Shown here: positions 1-8,734 of the stretch, piece by piece
How the letters are laid out: each line of letters opens with the position of its first letter
Position numbering within the stretch: the stretch's first letter is position 1
Origin: Elusimicrobiota bacterium
Lineage (GTDB): Bacteria > Elusimicrobiota > Elusimicrobia > UBA1565 > UBA9628
Direction of reading: 5' to 3'
Assembly (NCBI GenBank): GCA_035606075.1
Contig: DATNGC010000060.1
Span: forward strand, 1,450 to 65,449
Length of the DNA stretch: 64,000 nt
Translations under genes and position numbers: made by a program
The notes under the pieces: model-generated
The model's input: the letters and a program-made list of their open reading frames with translations, nothing else
Told to the model about the DNA's origin: nothing
Databases searched by the model: none

Positions 1-168
1 GTCATCGGCGGCCTGATCAAGGACACGCTCGTCGACACCGACTCGGGCATCCCGATCCTCAAGGACATCCCGCTGCTGGGCTGGTTCTTCAAGAACAAGA
101 CCAAGAACAAGGACCGGACCGAGCTGCTGATCTTCATCACGCCCGAGCTGCAGGCGACGAAGATCTAG
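1..168 (+). CDS. Secretin C-terminal fragment (PilQ/GspD family), 5' end outside the window
   Basis: Frame 1 reads VIGGLIKD..GIPILKDIPLLGWFFKNKTKNKDRTELLIFITPELQATKI, then TAG at 166-168. The IPxLxDIPxLGxxF...R.ELLIFITP pattern is the conserved secretin C-terminus. Confidence 0.7.
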   Translation, partial: VIGGLIKDTLVDTDSGIPILKDIPLLGWFFKNKTKNKDRTELLIFITPELQATKI

Positions 169-174
169 CCGGGA

Positions 175-759
175 TCAGCGGGGCCGGACGGCCGTCGCGC
201 CTGGGGACAGCGGCGCGAACGGGGGCCGCTGGGGCGTCTTGTCGAGGTAGTAGGCGAGCGTGAGGGGGTACTTCCCGGTCTGCGCGAGCAGGCGCATCGC
301 GGACAGCGCGGCGCGCCGCTCGGGGCCGCCCGCCAGCCGCGGCAGCTTCATGTAGAACTCGAAGTCGCCGCGCAGGACGTCCGACTTGGCGGCGACGTCC
401 TCGACGGTCTTGCGGACGTCGTCGGCGCGCTCGGGGGAGTTCTGGGACAGGGCCGCCGCCAGCGCGCGGTCGAGCTCGGCGGCGCGCTTGAGCAGGTCGG
501 TCTTGCGCGCGTAGAAATCCTCGGTCGCCGCGGCCCAGTCGGTCTCGCCTCGGAAGGCCTGCGAGACCGCCGACGTCAGCCTCCGGGCGCCGTCGCTGCC
601 CTCCGCGAGCGTCATGCGCACCTCGCGGAGCCGGTCCTTGACCGACGCGGCGCGGACCTCGTTGTCGGCGAAGAGCGAGACCTGCGCGCGGGCGGGAGCG
701 GCGGCGAGGAGGGAGAGCGTCATCGCCGAGGCGAGCAGCGCGGCGCGGGTCGTGTCCAT
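175..759 (-). CDS. Secreted hypothetical protein
   Basis: An internal ATG at 759 gives MDTTRAALLASAMTLSLLAAAPARAQ, a signal-peptide-like N-terminus. The remainder is helical and charged. The upstream 40 codons of ORF 175..879 look non-coding. Confidence 0.5.
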   Translation of the reverse strand: MDTTRAALLASAMTLSLLAAAPARAQVSLFADNEVRAASVKDRLREVRMTLAEGSDGARRLTSAVSQAFRGETDWAAATEDFYARKTDLLKRAAELDRALAAALSQNSPERADDVRKTVEDVAAKSDVLRGDFEFYMKLPRLAGGPERRAALSAMRLLAQTGKYPLTLAYYLDKTPQRPPFAPLSPGATAVRPR

Positions 760-915
760 GGAGACAGTATACCCCGGGATCGCGATCCCGCGCAGGGAGC
801 GAAAGCACCCCTCCGGGCGGGCCGAAAGGCCCAGGACGCGCGTCAAGAAAGCGGCATGAAACCGGCAACCCGCCTCCATTGAGGGGATGCCTCCGGTTCG
901 TTATGGTCTCATGAT

Positions 916-1221
916 ATGACCAACGGAACCTCCCTCTTCATCGCCGTCTGCCTCGGGGTCATCGCCCTCGAGATGACGCTCGTCCTGATCGCCCTCGCCG
1001 TCCTCGTCCTGCGCGTGAGCCGGGCCGTGCGGGCCGTGGAGCGCGTCGTCCTGCAGGTCGAGGACAAGTTCGCCTCGATCCGGACGTCTTGGATGCGCGT
1101 GCTGCAGGGCGCGGGCGGGGTCCTCGGCGGCTTCATGAGCGGCCGCAAGCACGCCCGCGAGCGCGAGCGCGCCCGCGAGCGCGCGAGCTCCGGGGACGGA
1201 GCGCGCTTCGCCCGCCGCTGA
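916..1221 (+). CDS. Small membrane protein, hypothetical
   Basis: 101-aa ORF with ATG at 916. It has one hydrophobic helix (LFIAVCLGVIALEMTLVLIALAVLVL) followed by a charged Arg/Glu tail. Confidence 0.45.
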   Translation: MTNGTSLFIAVCLGVIALEMTLVLIALAVLVLRVSRAVRAVERVVLQVEDKFASIRTSWMRVLQGAGGVLGGFMSGRKHARERERARERASSGDGARFARR

Positions 1222-1506
1222 TCAGGGCTGGACGCGCTTTCCAGCCCGCCGTCCGGGGTTTGGATCGGCTTGAGGCGCGCCCGGCGCGGCCATGACGCGG
1301 GTCAGCGCCCCGGTCGCGCGGCTCGTCGCGCGCAGGATCCGGGCCGAGGTGCTCTTGGGCAGGACGCCGAGATGCGCCGCGACCGCGAGGCCGATCAGCA
1401 GGTTCACCAGTCCGACCGCCGCCGAGAGCGCGAACAGCACGAGGCGCTCCACGGCGTTGAAGACGGCTCCGGCCGCGCTCGCGGGCGAGGTCTTCTCCGG
1501 TTCCAT
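1222..1506 (-). CDS. Small membrane protein, hypothetical
   Basis: 94-aa ORF with the hydrophobic core LVLFALSAAVGLVNLLIGLAVAAHLGV. It is convergent with 916..1221. Confidence 0.4.
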   Translation of the reverse strand: MEPEKTSPASAAGAVFNAVERLVLFALSAAVGLVNLLIGLAVAAHLGVLPKSTSARILRATSRATGALTRVMAAPGAPQADPNPGRRAGKRVQP

Positions 1507-1513
1507 GAGGCCG

Positions 1514-2428
1514 CTAGCGCAGCGGGGCTCCGCGCAGGAGGAACCAGCCCGCCAGGACCATGCCGCCGGCCGACCCCGCGAGGCCGCTCCAATGGCTCCG
1601 GCGCCGCGCCTTCTCCTTCTTGAGCAGCTCCACGTACGCCTCGACGATCAGGAACAGCGGGAAGCCCACCATCGCCAGCCGCGCCCGCACGTCGGAGGCG
1701 TTGGCGGCCAGGACGAGGGCGGCGACGCCCAGGAAGTTCAGCGCGAACGCGAGGGCGAGGGCCTGCGCGGCTCCGCCCGCCCGGGGACGGGCGGAGTCTC
1801 CCAGGAGCTTGGGGCCGGTCCGCTTGAGGAGGGCGTGGATGCCGAAGAAGATGGCGAGCGAGAGCAGGTAGAAGCCCGCCAGCGAGAGGCTCACGGCCCA
1901 GGGCGCGTCGTGGGCCATGGCCTCGGCGAAGGGGACGGTCTGGACGCTGCCGGAGACGGCGGCGCGCACGACCTGCTCGGGCCCCGCGGAGGCCCTCATG
2001 AACAGCCAGGCCCCGGCGGCGAGTCCGCCGAGGCTCCCCAATAAGCCGGAGACGGGGTCGCGCCTGCGGCTGGGGGCGCGATAGATGAGGCGTCCGTAGC
2101 GTTCCAGGAGGACGGCGGCCGGGACGGCGAGCATGCTCAGGCGCGGCGTGGTCTCGAGGCCGCGCGCGCAGAGCACGAGGGTGGCGACGGCCAGGAGGTT
2201 GGAGACGGCCGTGAGCAGGACGACGGCCGCCGGCGCCAGGGGCTTCTCGCGCGAGGAGGCGGTGCAGATCCGGTCGTTTGCCTCGCGCAGGGCCCAGATC
2301 GACGCGATCGCGACGACGTAGAGGAACAGGACGGGACCGCTGATGAGCCAGACCGCGGGCATGCGGGACACAGGATACACAATCTCGTGACGCCCCCGGA
2401 ATAGCCCGGTCATGCGCGGGGCGTACAA
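1514..2428 (-). CDS. Polytopic inner-membrane protein, hypothetical
   Basis: 304-aa ORF with multiple hydrophobic segments throughout. No domain recognised. The competing ORFs at this locus are Arg/Pro-rich shadows. Confidence 0.5.
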   Translation of the reverse strand: MYAPRMTGLFRGRHEIVYPVSRMPAVWLISGPVLFLYVVAIASIWALREANDRICTASSREKPLAPAAVVLLTAVSNLLAVATLVLCARGLETTPRLSMLAVPAAVLLERYGRLIYRAPSRRRDPVSGLLGSLGGLAAGAWLFMRASAGPEQVVRAAVSGSVQTVPFAEAMAHDAPWAVSLSLAGFYLLSLAIFFGIHALLKRTGPKLLGDSARPRAGGAAQALALAFALNFLGVAALVLAANASDVRARLAMVGFPLFLIVEAYVELLKKEKARRRSHWSGLAGSAGGMVLAGWFLLRGAPLR

Positions 2429-3435
2429 TGGCCGTCATGGCCGGATTGATCTTGGCCGGCGACGTCGGCGGGACGAACACGCGGCTGGGGTTGTTCTCCC
2501 TGGACGGCGGCAGGCCGCGCGCGGAGGCCGTCGAGGTCTTCGCGAGCGCGGAGCATCCGGAGCTCGAGGAGATCGTCGTCGACTTCATGGCCCGCCATCA
2601 GGCCGCCCTGTCCGGGGCCTGCGTCGGCATCGCGGGGCCGGTGCGCGACAACCAGGTCTACGCGTCCAATCTCCCGTGGGTGATCACGGCCGAGGGCCTG
2701 GCGCGGCCGCTGGGACTGCGCTCGGTCCTGCTCATCAACGACCTGGAGGCCAACGCGCACGGGCTTCCTTTGCTCGGCCCGGAGGACTTCGCGGTCCTGC
2801 ACGAGGGCGAGGGGAACGGCTCCGGGACGATGGCGCTCGTCTCGGCCGGCACGGGCCTGGGCGAGGCGTCGATCCCGCGCATCGACCACGGGCATTGGGT
2901 GGTGGCCTCCGAGGGCGGGCACGCGGACTTCGCGCCGCGCAACGAGCTGGAGATCGGGCTGCTGCGCTTCCTTCTGCGCGAGCACGAGCGGATCAGCTAC
3001 GAGCGCGTGCTCTCCGGCATGGGCCTCTGGAACATCTACCGCTTCCTGCGCGACACCGGCCGGGGCGTCGAGGAGGCCTGGCTGTCCAAGGAGCTGGCCG
3101 ACGGCGACCGGCCGGCCGCGATCTCGGGAGCGGCGCTCGCGGGCCGGTCGAAGCTCTGCGTTGAAAGCCTCGAGCTGTTCGTCTCGATCTACGGAGCGGA
3201 GGCCGGAAACGTGGCGCTCAAGTTCCTGTCCTCGGGCGGGGTCTTCCTGGGCGGGGGGATCGCGCCCAAGATCCTGAGCAAGCTCAAGGAGCCCGAGTTC
3301 ATGCGCTCCTTCCTCGCCAAAGGGCGCCTGCGTCCGTTCCTCGAGTCAGTGCCGGTGCGCGTGATCCTCAACGACAAGACGGCGCTCTGGGGCGCGGCGC
3401 GCAAGGCCTTTCTCGCCGCCGGCGGGAGCCGCTAG
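2428..3435 (+). CDS. glk: Glucokinase
   Basis: The N-terminal LILAGDVGGTNTRLGLF is the ATP-binding motif of the Glk family. The 335-aa length and the C-terminal GGVFLGGGIAPKIL motif are typical of bacterial glucokinase. Confidence 0.85.
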   Translation: MAVMAGLILAGDVGGTNTRLGLFSLDGGRPRAEAVEVFASAEHPELEEIVVDFMARHQAALSGACVGIAGPVRDNQVYASNLPWVITAEGLARPLGLRSVLLINDLEANAHGLPLLGPEDFAVLHEGEGNGSGTMALVSAGTGLGEASIPRIDHGHWVVASEGGHADFAPRNELEIGLLRFLLREHERISYERVLSGMGLWNIYRFLRDTGRGVEEAWLSKELADGDRPAAISGAALAGRSKLCVESLELFVSIYGAEAGNVALKFLSSGGVFLGGGIAPKILSKLKEPEFMRSFLAKGRLRPFLESVPVRVILNDKTALWGAARKAFLAAGGSR

Positions 3436-4889
3436 GCCTCGGGCAGCTCGATCCAGAAGCGGCTGCCCTTTCCGAGCTCCGACTCGGCGCCCGCGCTGCC
3501 TCCCATCGACGCCGCGAGCCGCTCGACGATGGCCAGGCCGATCCCCGTGCCTTCGGCGCTTCCCGGATAAAGCCTCACGAACGGGACGAACACGCGCTTG
3601 AGATGCTCGGGCGCGATGCCGACGCCGTGGTCCGCGACGACGAGCCGCAGCCGGCCGGGGCCCGGCCGCTCGGAGCGGACCTCGATCTCCGGGGTCCTCC
3701 CGGAGAACTTCACGGCGTTCTCGAGCAAGTGGGAGACGATCTGGGCGAGGAGGGACTCCTGCGCGCGCACCGCCCCGAGCGGCCGGCGGACGGTCACGCG
3801 CGCGGCGCGGACTTTCTCGTCGTCGCCCAGGACGCGGTCGACGACCCGCTCGAGGCCGACCTCGCGCATGGCCGGCTTCTGCCGTCCCGCGACGCTCAAG
3901 GCGAGCAGGTCGCGCACGAGATGGTCCATGCGCGTCGCGGAGTCCTGGATGCGCTCGAGGAGCCCGATGCTCTCCTGATCCAGCGCCTCCCGGTTCTTGC
4001 GCAGAACGTAGAAGGCGAAGCCCTCGAGGGCGCGCAAGGGGGCCCGCAGGTCGTGGGCCACGGTGTAGCTGAAGCTCTCCAAGTGCCGCAGGGCCTCCTC
4101 CAGGTGGGCGGTGCGCTCGGCGACGGCGGCCTCGAGCTGGGCGGTGCGGGCCTTCGCGACGGCGGCGTCCCGCGCGAGGAGGCGATGGATCAAGGTCAGG
4201 AGGAGGAAGTCGACGAAGGCGAGGCCCGCGAACGTGGCCGTACGGATCAGGATGGCGGATCGTGCGCGGCGCGTGAACTCGTCGAGCCTCCGGTTCTGCT
4301 CGTCGAGCAGGACCTTCATGCGGACGCGGACGGCGTCCATGGTCGCCTTGCCGCGGCCGGTCCGCACGACCGCCAGCGCGGCGCCGGTCCCCTGGTTTTC
4401 GGAGAGGCGCAGCGTGAGGTCCAGCTCCGAGAGCTTCTCGTCGCCGAGAGAGATCAGCTCGTCCACCTCGCGCGCGGGCAAGGCGCCGCGGCGAGACAGC
4501 CTCCGGAGGGCCTCCTTTTCGGCGGCGAAGTCGGCCTGGCCCCGGCGGTAGGGCGCGAGATACGCGGGAGAGCGCGTGAGCAGGTAGCCGCGCTGGCCGG
4601 TCTCGGCGTCGATGAGCGCCGAGAGATAGGCGTCGAGGTGGTCGATGACGCCGCGCTGGGCGGCCAGAGCCCGGCTGGCCGAGACGGCGTCGTAGCCGAC
4701 CCAATAGATGACGCCGAGGCTCACGGCGACGGCGGCGGCCACGAGGAGGAGCTTCTTGTCCACCGAGGCCTCGGGCAGCTCGATCCAGAAGCGGCTGCCC
4801 CCGACGGGGAAGCGGGCGCGCGCCGGCGGCGATTCTGGGGTCATGGGTGTTCCTAGAACGATTGTAATTCGCCGGCGTCGATGGACCAA
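3432..4889 (-). CDS. Sensor histidine kinase with periplasmic CHASE3 domain
   Basis: After one TM helix comes a CHASE3-like ETGQRGYLLTRSPAYLAPY motif. HisKA is FSYTVAHDLRAPLRAL, followed by a HATPase_c region (DHGVGI..GTGIGLAIV). The start is uncertain: GTG at 4763 just before the TM helix is an alternative (see the relic repeat finding). Confidence 0.85.
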   Translation of the reverse strand: MVHRRRRITIVLGTPMTPESPPARARFPVGGSRFWIELPEASVDKKLLLVAAAVAVSLGVIYWVGYDAVSASRALAAQRGVIDHLDAYLSALIDAETGQRGYLLTRSPAYLAPYRRGQADFAAEKEALRRLSRRGALPAREVDELISLGDEKLSELDLTLRLSENQGTGAALAVVRTGRGKATMDAVRVRMKVLLDEQNRRLDEFTRRARSAILIRTATFAGLAFVDFLLLTLIHRLLARDAAVAKARTAQLEAAVAERTAHLEEALRHLESFSYTVAHDLRAPLRALEGFAFYVLRKNREALDQESIGLLERIQDSATRMDHLVRDLLALSVAGRQKPAMREVGLERVVDRVLGDDEKVRAARVTVRRPLGAVRAQESLLAQIVSHLLENAVKFSGRTPEIEVRSERPGPGRLRLVVADHGVGIAPEHLKRVFVPFVRLYPGSAEGTGIGLAIVERLAASMGGSAGAESELGKGSRFWIELPEA

Positions 4890-4963
4890 CAGCGAGCGCG
4901 TAACGGGAGGGTGACAGGGCGGGGCGCGCGAGTGCTAAAATCTCCTATCCCCGGAGGAACTCG

Positions 4964-6367
4964 ATGAAGACCCTCGCCGCCGTCCTGCCCGCTTTGCTGC
5001 TCGCCTCGTCCGCGCTGGGCGCGGCGACTGATCCGCTCTCGGAGCGCTATCAAAAAGCCGCGGCGGCGGCGCAGGACGTCTGCTCCTCCTTCGCGCTGAA
5101 GGCCGCGGCGCGGGACCTGGTGGAGAACGCGGGCTGCGAGGCGTCCTCGGCGGGGGCGGTGACCTGCGAGAAGCCTCCGAAGAACGAGCCGGCTCTGCTC
5201 GGGGCGCTCGACGCGGTCGTCATGCACGCGCGGGACGCGGCAAGCGCCCTGCAGTCGAACTGCCCCTGGCAGCTCTATACGGCCCGGGCGCAGGCGGCGC
5301 AGGCGGCGGTGAACGCCGCGAAGAAGGTCGATCCGCTGGAGCGGAACGAGTGCCGCAACGCGCTGTCCTTGGTCACGGAGAAGCAGGATCTCTCGGCCTT
5401 CTACGCGTTGCCGACGCGGCGGGCGCAGGCGCTCGCGGCCGATTACCTCCGCCGGATCACGCGGGCCGAGACGCTGTGCTCGAAGGCGGTTACGGACGCC
5501 TCCAACCCGGCGAAGCTCGCCTTGGATCAGGCCAAGCTGCAGGCTCTTCAACAGGTCAACGGCAGCGATCTCTCGCCGGGGATGAAGCTGGCCTTCGAGG
5601 AGAAGATCAACGGCGCGACGAACACGGACTTGATCTCGGCCGTCATGAGCGGCTCCTTCCCGACGGTGAGCAGGGAGTACGCAGGCCAGTCCCCGAACGA
5701 CTACTACAAGGCCAAAGTGGCGGCGCTTCAGCCCGCGATCACGGCGCTGGGCGACGACGCTTTCCGCGTGCAGGCCCCCCTGAACTCGCTCAACGCGCTG
5801 ATCGCCGGCCCGGTCGACGTCGGCGCCAACGTCCCGGGCCAATTCGACACGGACTGGTACAAGCTGAGCCAGGCGATGGAATTCGCTCAGACGGCGGCCA
5901 AGAACACGGCCTCGCTCAAGGCGGCGTTCACGACCCAGCAGACCGCGGCGAACGCGACGATCAACGCTCTGAGGTGGATCGGCGACCCGTCGCGCGCGGA
6001 CTTTCTCTCGCAGATCGCGGCGCAGTCCTCCGCGCTCAACTGCAACGGGCAGTGCTGGACGCCGTGGCAGAACGCTCTGTCCGCGGCGGAAACGCAGCTG
6101 ACGGCGATCGTGAGCAGCGCCCAGAAGGCCGACAGCCGCTATCAGAGCTACGTCTTCAACGCGGACAACATGATCGGGGGCGTCAACACGACCGGCAATC
6201 CCGCGGTCACGGCCGACCAGAAGACGGCCCTGATCGCGCAGATCAAGACGTTCCAGGGGCAGATCCAGTCCTCCACGCTCGCCCAGCTCCAGACGTCCTA
6301 TGCGGCGCTCCTGCACGCGCTCACATCGGACGGGGTCTACCCGCGCAACCTCACGCCCGAGGAATAA
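4964..6367 (+). CDS. Secreted Ala/Gln-rich repeat protein with short Cys loops (paralogue group with 8735..12178)
   Basis: Signal peptide MKTLAAVLPALLLASSALGAA. The Cys-loop GCEASSAGAVTCEKPPKNE resembles KCLLAASKVSCEKTSDD and KCVLQGNKVSCAAAD in the two minus-strand paralogues. Confidence 0.6.
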   Translation: MKTLAAVLPALLLASSALGAATDPLSERYQKAAAAAQDVCSSFALKAAARDLVENAGCEASSAGAVTCEKPPKNEPALLGALDAVVMHARDAASALQSNCPWQLYTARAQAAQAAVNAAKKVDPLERNECRNALSLVTEKQDLSAFYALPTRRAQALAADYLRRITRAETLCSKAVTDASNPAKLALDQAKLQALQQVNGSDLSPGMKLAFEEKINGATNTDLISAVMSGSFPTVSREYAGQSPNDYYKAKVAALQPAITALGDDAFRVQAPLNSLNALIAGPVDVGANVPGQFDTDWYKLSQAMEFAQTAAKNTASLKAAFTTQQTAANATINALRWIGDPSRADFLSQIAAQSSALNCNGQCWTPWQNALSAAETQLTAIVSSAQKADSRYQSYVFNADNMIGGVNTTGNPAVTADQKTALIAQIKTFQGQIQSSTLAQLQTSYAALLHALTSDGVYPRNLTPEE

Positions 6368-6446
6368 GTCCGGGCCCTTTGTCCCGCGGCGTCTAGGCTG
6401 ATCGGCCGATGACGCGCCGCTCGTGGGGTGCTACAGTCTTCACGAC

Positions 6447-7169
6447 ATGACTCCTCCCGTTATGGAAGCGCTCGAGCGGCCGTCCCTCCTCGTCCCGCGC
6501 CCTCTCGAGGCCGAGACCGCCGCCGCGGCCGAGGTCCCCGAGATCTGGAGCGTGCGGCTGTCCCTGCTGGGCGCGGCGCTGGGCGCGCCGGCGTTGGCGC
6601 TCCTGCTGGGCCCCTCCCTCCGCGCGGGAAGCTGGGTCCACGCCGCGAGCTTCACGGGCTACGGGATCGGCCTGCTCAGCATGTTCCTGGCCTCGGCGCT
6701 GTACCACTCGCACGCGGGCCGCGAGCGGCGCTTCTCCAAGTGCCTGGACTACGGGGCGATCGGCCTCATGACGGCCGGCAATTTCACGCCGTACTGCACT
6801 CTCGTCCTGCGCACGCCGTACGCGTATCACATGGCGGAGCTGGTCTGGGCGCTGGCGCTGGGAGCCTTGTTCCTGCGCATCTCCAGACCGGCGATGTCGA
6901 AGTGGGTCTTCGTCTCCATCTTCATGGTCATGGGCTGCATGGGCTTCCTCATCGCGCCGGGCCTTTGGCGCGCGATGGGGCCCGCGGGAGTCCTGCTCAC
7001 GCTGCTGGGCGGGATCATCTACATCGTGGGGACGATGTTCTTCAACCGCTTCGAGGGGGACGTGGAGCCGCCCGGCTTCGGCCCTCACGACGTGTGGCAC
7101 GTGTTCATCCTGGCCGCGGCCGGGACGCACTGGCTGGTCCTCTACCTCTACATGCTGCCGGTCCGCTGA
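6447..7169 (+). CDS. Hemolysin III / PAQR family membrane protein
   Basis: Seven hydrophobic segments. Motifs are ASALYHS, LDYGAIGLMTAG and the C-terminal HDVWHVFILAAAGTHW, characteristic of the HlyIII/YqfA family. ATG at 6447 is preferred over GTG at 6423. Confidence 0.8.
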   Translation: MTPPVMEALERPSLLVPRPLEAETAAAAEVPEIWSVRLSLLGAALGAPALALLLGPSLRAGSWVHAASFTGYGIGLLSMFLASALYHSHAGRERRFSKCLDYGAIGLMTAGNFTPYCTLVLRTPYAYHMAELVWALALGALFLRISRPAMSKWVFVSIFMVMGCMGFLIAPGLWRAMGPAGVLLTLLGGIIYIVGTMFFNRFEGDVEPPGFGPHDVWHVFILAAAGTHWLVLYLYMLPVR

Positions 7170-7225
7170 CGCCCGTCAGGCGCCGCGCGCGTTGAGATCC
7201 CGCATGAGGTTCATTCGGGCGCGCC

Positions 7226-8575
7226 TCAGTGGAACAGCTTGCCGCACTTGGGATACGTGAAGGCGGCGGCCACGCCGGACGCTCCGGTCGGGTCGGCGAG
7301 GTCGGCGATCTGCTCGGTGAGGCGGGCGATGTCCTCGTCCGAGGGGCCCTGGGGGCCGTCGTCGTCGGCCATGTCGGCGGCTTTCTCCGTGTCGTCCGTG
7401 GCCGAGAGGGCTTTGCGGTCGTCCTTGGTCGCGCTCATGACGTCCTTGCGCGCGCCGTTGGCGTCTTTCAAGGCCTGCATGGCCTTCGCCGCCTTGTCGC
7501 CCTCGGCGGCTTTGCGCGCGAGCTCCTCGGCCTTCTTGGCCTTGCGGGCCGCGCGGGCGAGCTTGACGGCCTCCTGGGCGTCCTTCATGGCCTTGAGCTT
7601 CGCTTTCAAGGACGCGAGCTTGTCGGCGTTCTTGGCGGCCTTCGCCGCGGCGGCGGCGGCCTCGTAGCCGCCGGCCGAGGCGACGGTCAGGGCTCCGTTG
7701 CCGACCATCATGGCGGTCGAGCCGGCCTGCTCGCCGACGTGCTTGGCGCAGACGTTCTTGCTCTGCGCGAGTCCCGCGCCGCAGTCGACCCAGCCGGAGC
7801 CCGACGGGGGAGTCGACCAGCACACGGGTCCGACGCCCTTCATGCCCTCGGGGCAGGCCGCGTAGCACAGGCCGTCCTCCTCGGTCTTGCCGGACGGGCA
7901 GGACTCGGGGGGATAGCAGCGCGCGGCGATCTTTCTCTCCTCGGGCTTGCAGAGCATCTTGTCGATGCCCAAGGTGGACGCGGGCTTGAAGCAGGTCTCG
8001 CCGGTGTTGGCGTAGCCGTCGGCGCAATTCTTGTAGCATCGGCCGCCCTTCTTGAAGTAGCCGTCGCCGCAGGTCATAGCGTCTAGGCCCAGCGTGGAAG
8101 CGCCGCGGCCGCAGAACTCGCCGTCGTTGGTGTAGCCGTCGGGGCAGGGCTTGTAGCAGCGCGCGCCTTTCTTCGTCTGCCCGTCCGGGCAGGTCATGCT
8201 GCCCATGCCGAGGGACTTCACTTTCTTCCAGTTGTAGCAGGTGGCGCCCATGTTCTTGTAGCCCTTGGGGCAGTCAGCCACGCTGGAGGGGTTCTTGAGG
8301 GTGTCGGCGCCGCGCCCGCAGGTGGCTCCGTTGTTGGTGTAGCTCTTGGGGCAGTCGGCGACCTTCGAGGGGGCGCCGACGGTGTCGGCTCCGCGGCCGC
8401 ACGTGGCGCCGTTGTTGGTGTAGCCGTCGGGGCAGTCGGCGACGCGCCCCGGGTTGGGGATGGTCCCGGCGCCGCGGGCGTGGCTTTCCTTCCAGCAGAA
8501 GTCGTCCTTCTCCTCGGCCGAGGAGGCGGAGGCGAGCAGCAGCAGCGCGAGCGCGAGGAGCTTGGCGGTTTTCAC
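7226..8575 (-). CDS. Secreted protein with tandem Cys-rich CPxGYxxxGxxC repeats and a Lys/Ala-rich C-terminal region
   Basis: Signal peptide MKTAKLLALALLLLASASSA. About 10 repeats follow, e.g. CPDGYTNNGATCGRGADT, CPKSYTNNGATCGRGADT, CPKGYKNMGATC, CPDGYTNDGEFCGRGAST, CADGYANTGETC. The tail is AAKAAKNADKLASLKAKLKAMKDAQEAVKLARAARKAKKAEELARKAAEGDKAAKA. Confidence 0.65.
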   Translation of the reverse strand: MKTAKLLALALLLLASASSAEEKDDFCWKESHARGAGTIPNPGRVADCPDGYTNNGATCGRGADTVGAPSKVADCPKSYTNNGATCGRGADTLKNPSSVADCPKGYKNMGATCYNWKKVKSLGMGSMTCPDGQTKKGARCYKPCPDGYTNDGEFCGRGASTLGLDAMTCGDGYFKKGGRCYKNCADGYANTGETCFKPASTLGIDKMLCKPEERKIAARCYPPESCPSGKTEEDGLCYAACPEGMKGVGPVCWSTPPSGSGWVDCGAGLAQSKNVCAKHVGEQAGSTAMMVGNGALTVASAGGYEAAAAAAKAAKNADKLASLKAKLKAMKDAQEAVKLARAARKAKKAEELARKAAEGDKAAKAMQALKDANGARKDVMSATKDDRKALSATDDTEKAADMADDDGPQGPSDEDIARLTEQIADLADPTGASGVAAAFTYPKCGKLFH

Positions 8576-8734
8576 GCGAAGATTTTACATATATTCGTCA
8601 CGCGGAGCTGATCGCCTCCGTCCTCGCGGCTGCTGGCGGGCCGGGATAGCCGTTGGCGTAGTTGATGTTAGCTCTCCATGCCGCCGGCGACGAGCTTCCA
8701 TCCTTTAATTAGTAAGGACTTAATTAAGGGCGGC

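Noticed and set aside
3346-6316. Several long ORFs: 3346..4704 minus, 3603..4856 plus, 4853..6316 minus and 5350..6396 plus.
   Set aside because: They are alternative frames or strands of the histidine kinase and of the secreted protein 4964..6367. The translations are Arg/Pro/Gly-rich and lack any domain signature, while the chosen frames show clear HisKA/HATPase motifs or a signal peptide.
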